64,000 nucleotides of DNA from a bacterium (GTDB lineage Bacteria > Krumholzibacteriota > Krumholzibacteriia > LZORAL124-64-63), in NCBI GenBank assembly GCA_016719645.1, contig JADJYS010000014.1, forward strand, positions 69,467 through 133,466, in the 5' to 3' direction. A program made the translations under genes and the position numbers. Below the pieces are notes generated by a model that worked only from the letters and a program-made list of their open reading frames with translations, was not told the origin of the DNA and searched no databases. How positions within the stretch are numbered: position 1 is the first letter of the stretch; each line of letters begins with the position of its first letter. Shown here in pieces: positions 63,758-64,000 of this stretch.

Positions 63758-64000
63758 TCAGCGCTTCACGAGCTCCACGCGCCGGTTCCTGGCGCGCCCT
63801 TCTTCCGTGTCGTTGGCGGCGACGGGCGCCAGGGGCCCCACGCCGTGCCCCGCCAGCCGCGCCGCGGCGATGCCGTGCCGGGAGACGAGCGCCTGGACCA
63901 CGGCCTCCGCCCTGGCCCGCGACAGCGCCAGGTTGGCGTCCAGCTGGCCCACCATGTCCGTGTGGCCCACGACCAGGAGCGTCAGGCCCGAGTCCTGACC
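63758..64000 (-). CDS. OmpA-family protein, C-terminal peptidoglycan-binding domain (partial; 5' end beyond the window)
   Basis: ...GQLDANLALSRARAEAV...NRRVELVKR*. The ORF continues open to the window edge. Confidence 0.7.
   Translation of the reverse strand, partial: GQDSGLTLLVVGHTDMVGQLDANLALSRARAEAVVQALVSRHGIAAARLAGHGVGPLAPVAANDTEEGRARNRRVELVKR

Noticed and set aside
60935-63998. ORFs 60935..62530(-), 61138..62409(+), 61978..62399 portion, 62808..63998(+)
   Set aside because: Overlap the LRR lipoprotein and KALY-family lipoprotein genes in other frames. Arg-rich.
1-64000. Search for CRISPR arrays, rRNA or tRNA genes and integrase/transposase genes
   Set aside because: No direct-repeat/spacer periodicity, no rRNA-like or cloverleaf-capable conserved segments, and no recombinase-like ORFs were seen. 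The only repetitive DNA is the two-copy MITE-like element and the Gly-codon repeats.

Overview
This is a 64 kb window of about 70% GC bacterial chromosome with densely packed genes on both strands. Because of the GC content, the six-frame track is full of long Arg/Gly/Pro/Ala-rich ORFs that are translation artefacts. I count about 60 genuine protein-coding genes, identified by normal amino-acid composition, signal peptides, Shine-Dalgarno sequences and recognisable family motifs. I found no rRNA, tRNA or CRISPR. The main gene content is as follows. (i) A probable beta-1,3-glucan utilisation locus: a secreted GH16-like glucanase, a GH17 glucanase and a 1160-aa cytoplasmic GH94-like phosphorylase. 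(ii) A xanthine-dehydrogenase-family Mo/FeS/FAD hydroxylase operon. (iii) Cell-envelope polymer genes: a sugar transferase, a TagD-TagF fusion and a PHP phosphoesterase. (iv) pyk, an SRAP abasic-site peptidase and rlmI. (v) A LysR-controlled five-gene cluster of LeuB/LeuCD homologues plus a family-III CoA-transferase and an HMG-CoA-lyase-like enzyme, which looks like an uncharacterised CoA-dependent catabolic pathway. (vi) A six-gene GGDEF/STAS/CYTH/pirin/NmrA/beta-carbonic-anhydrase operon. (vii) An oxidative-stress/iron island: VIT1, a Fur-family regulator, catalase and a ferritin-like protein. Many large secreted proteins carry a T9SS/FlgD-Ig-like C-terminal domain, which points to an FCB-group organism, possibly a Gemmatimonadota/Eisenbacteria-like MAG (inference). 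Several things stand out. Five unrelated secreted proteins end in the same short C-terminal tail, [ED]xx[SCND]-W-G-x-[IVL]-K-[AV]-[LI]-Y(-R). This tail is never found together with the T9SS-like domain, and four of the five sit in one surface-protein cluster at 59-64 kb; I propose it as a candidate new sorting signal. There is a two-copy, highly structured MITE/REP-like repeat at gene 3' ends. Three genes have 5' regions broken by single-base frameshifts, two in homopolymer runs and one beside a short A/G run. Several palindromic operator candidates sit in the AT-rich divergent promoter islands. Coordinates that I derived by hand are anchored to the ORF-track frames and may be off by 1 bp for non-coding hairpins.
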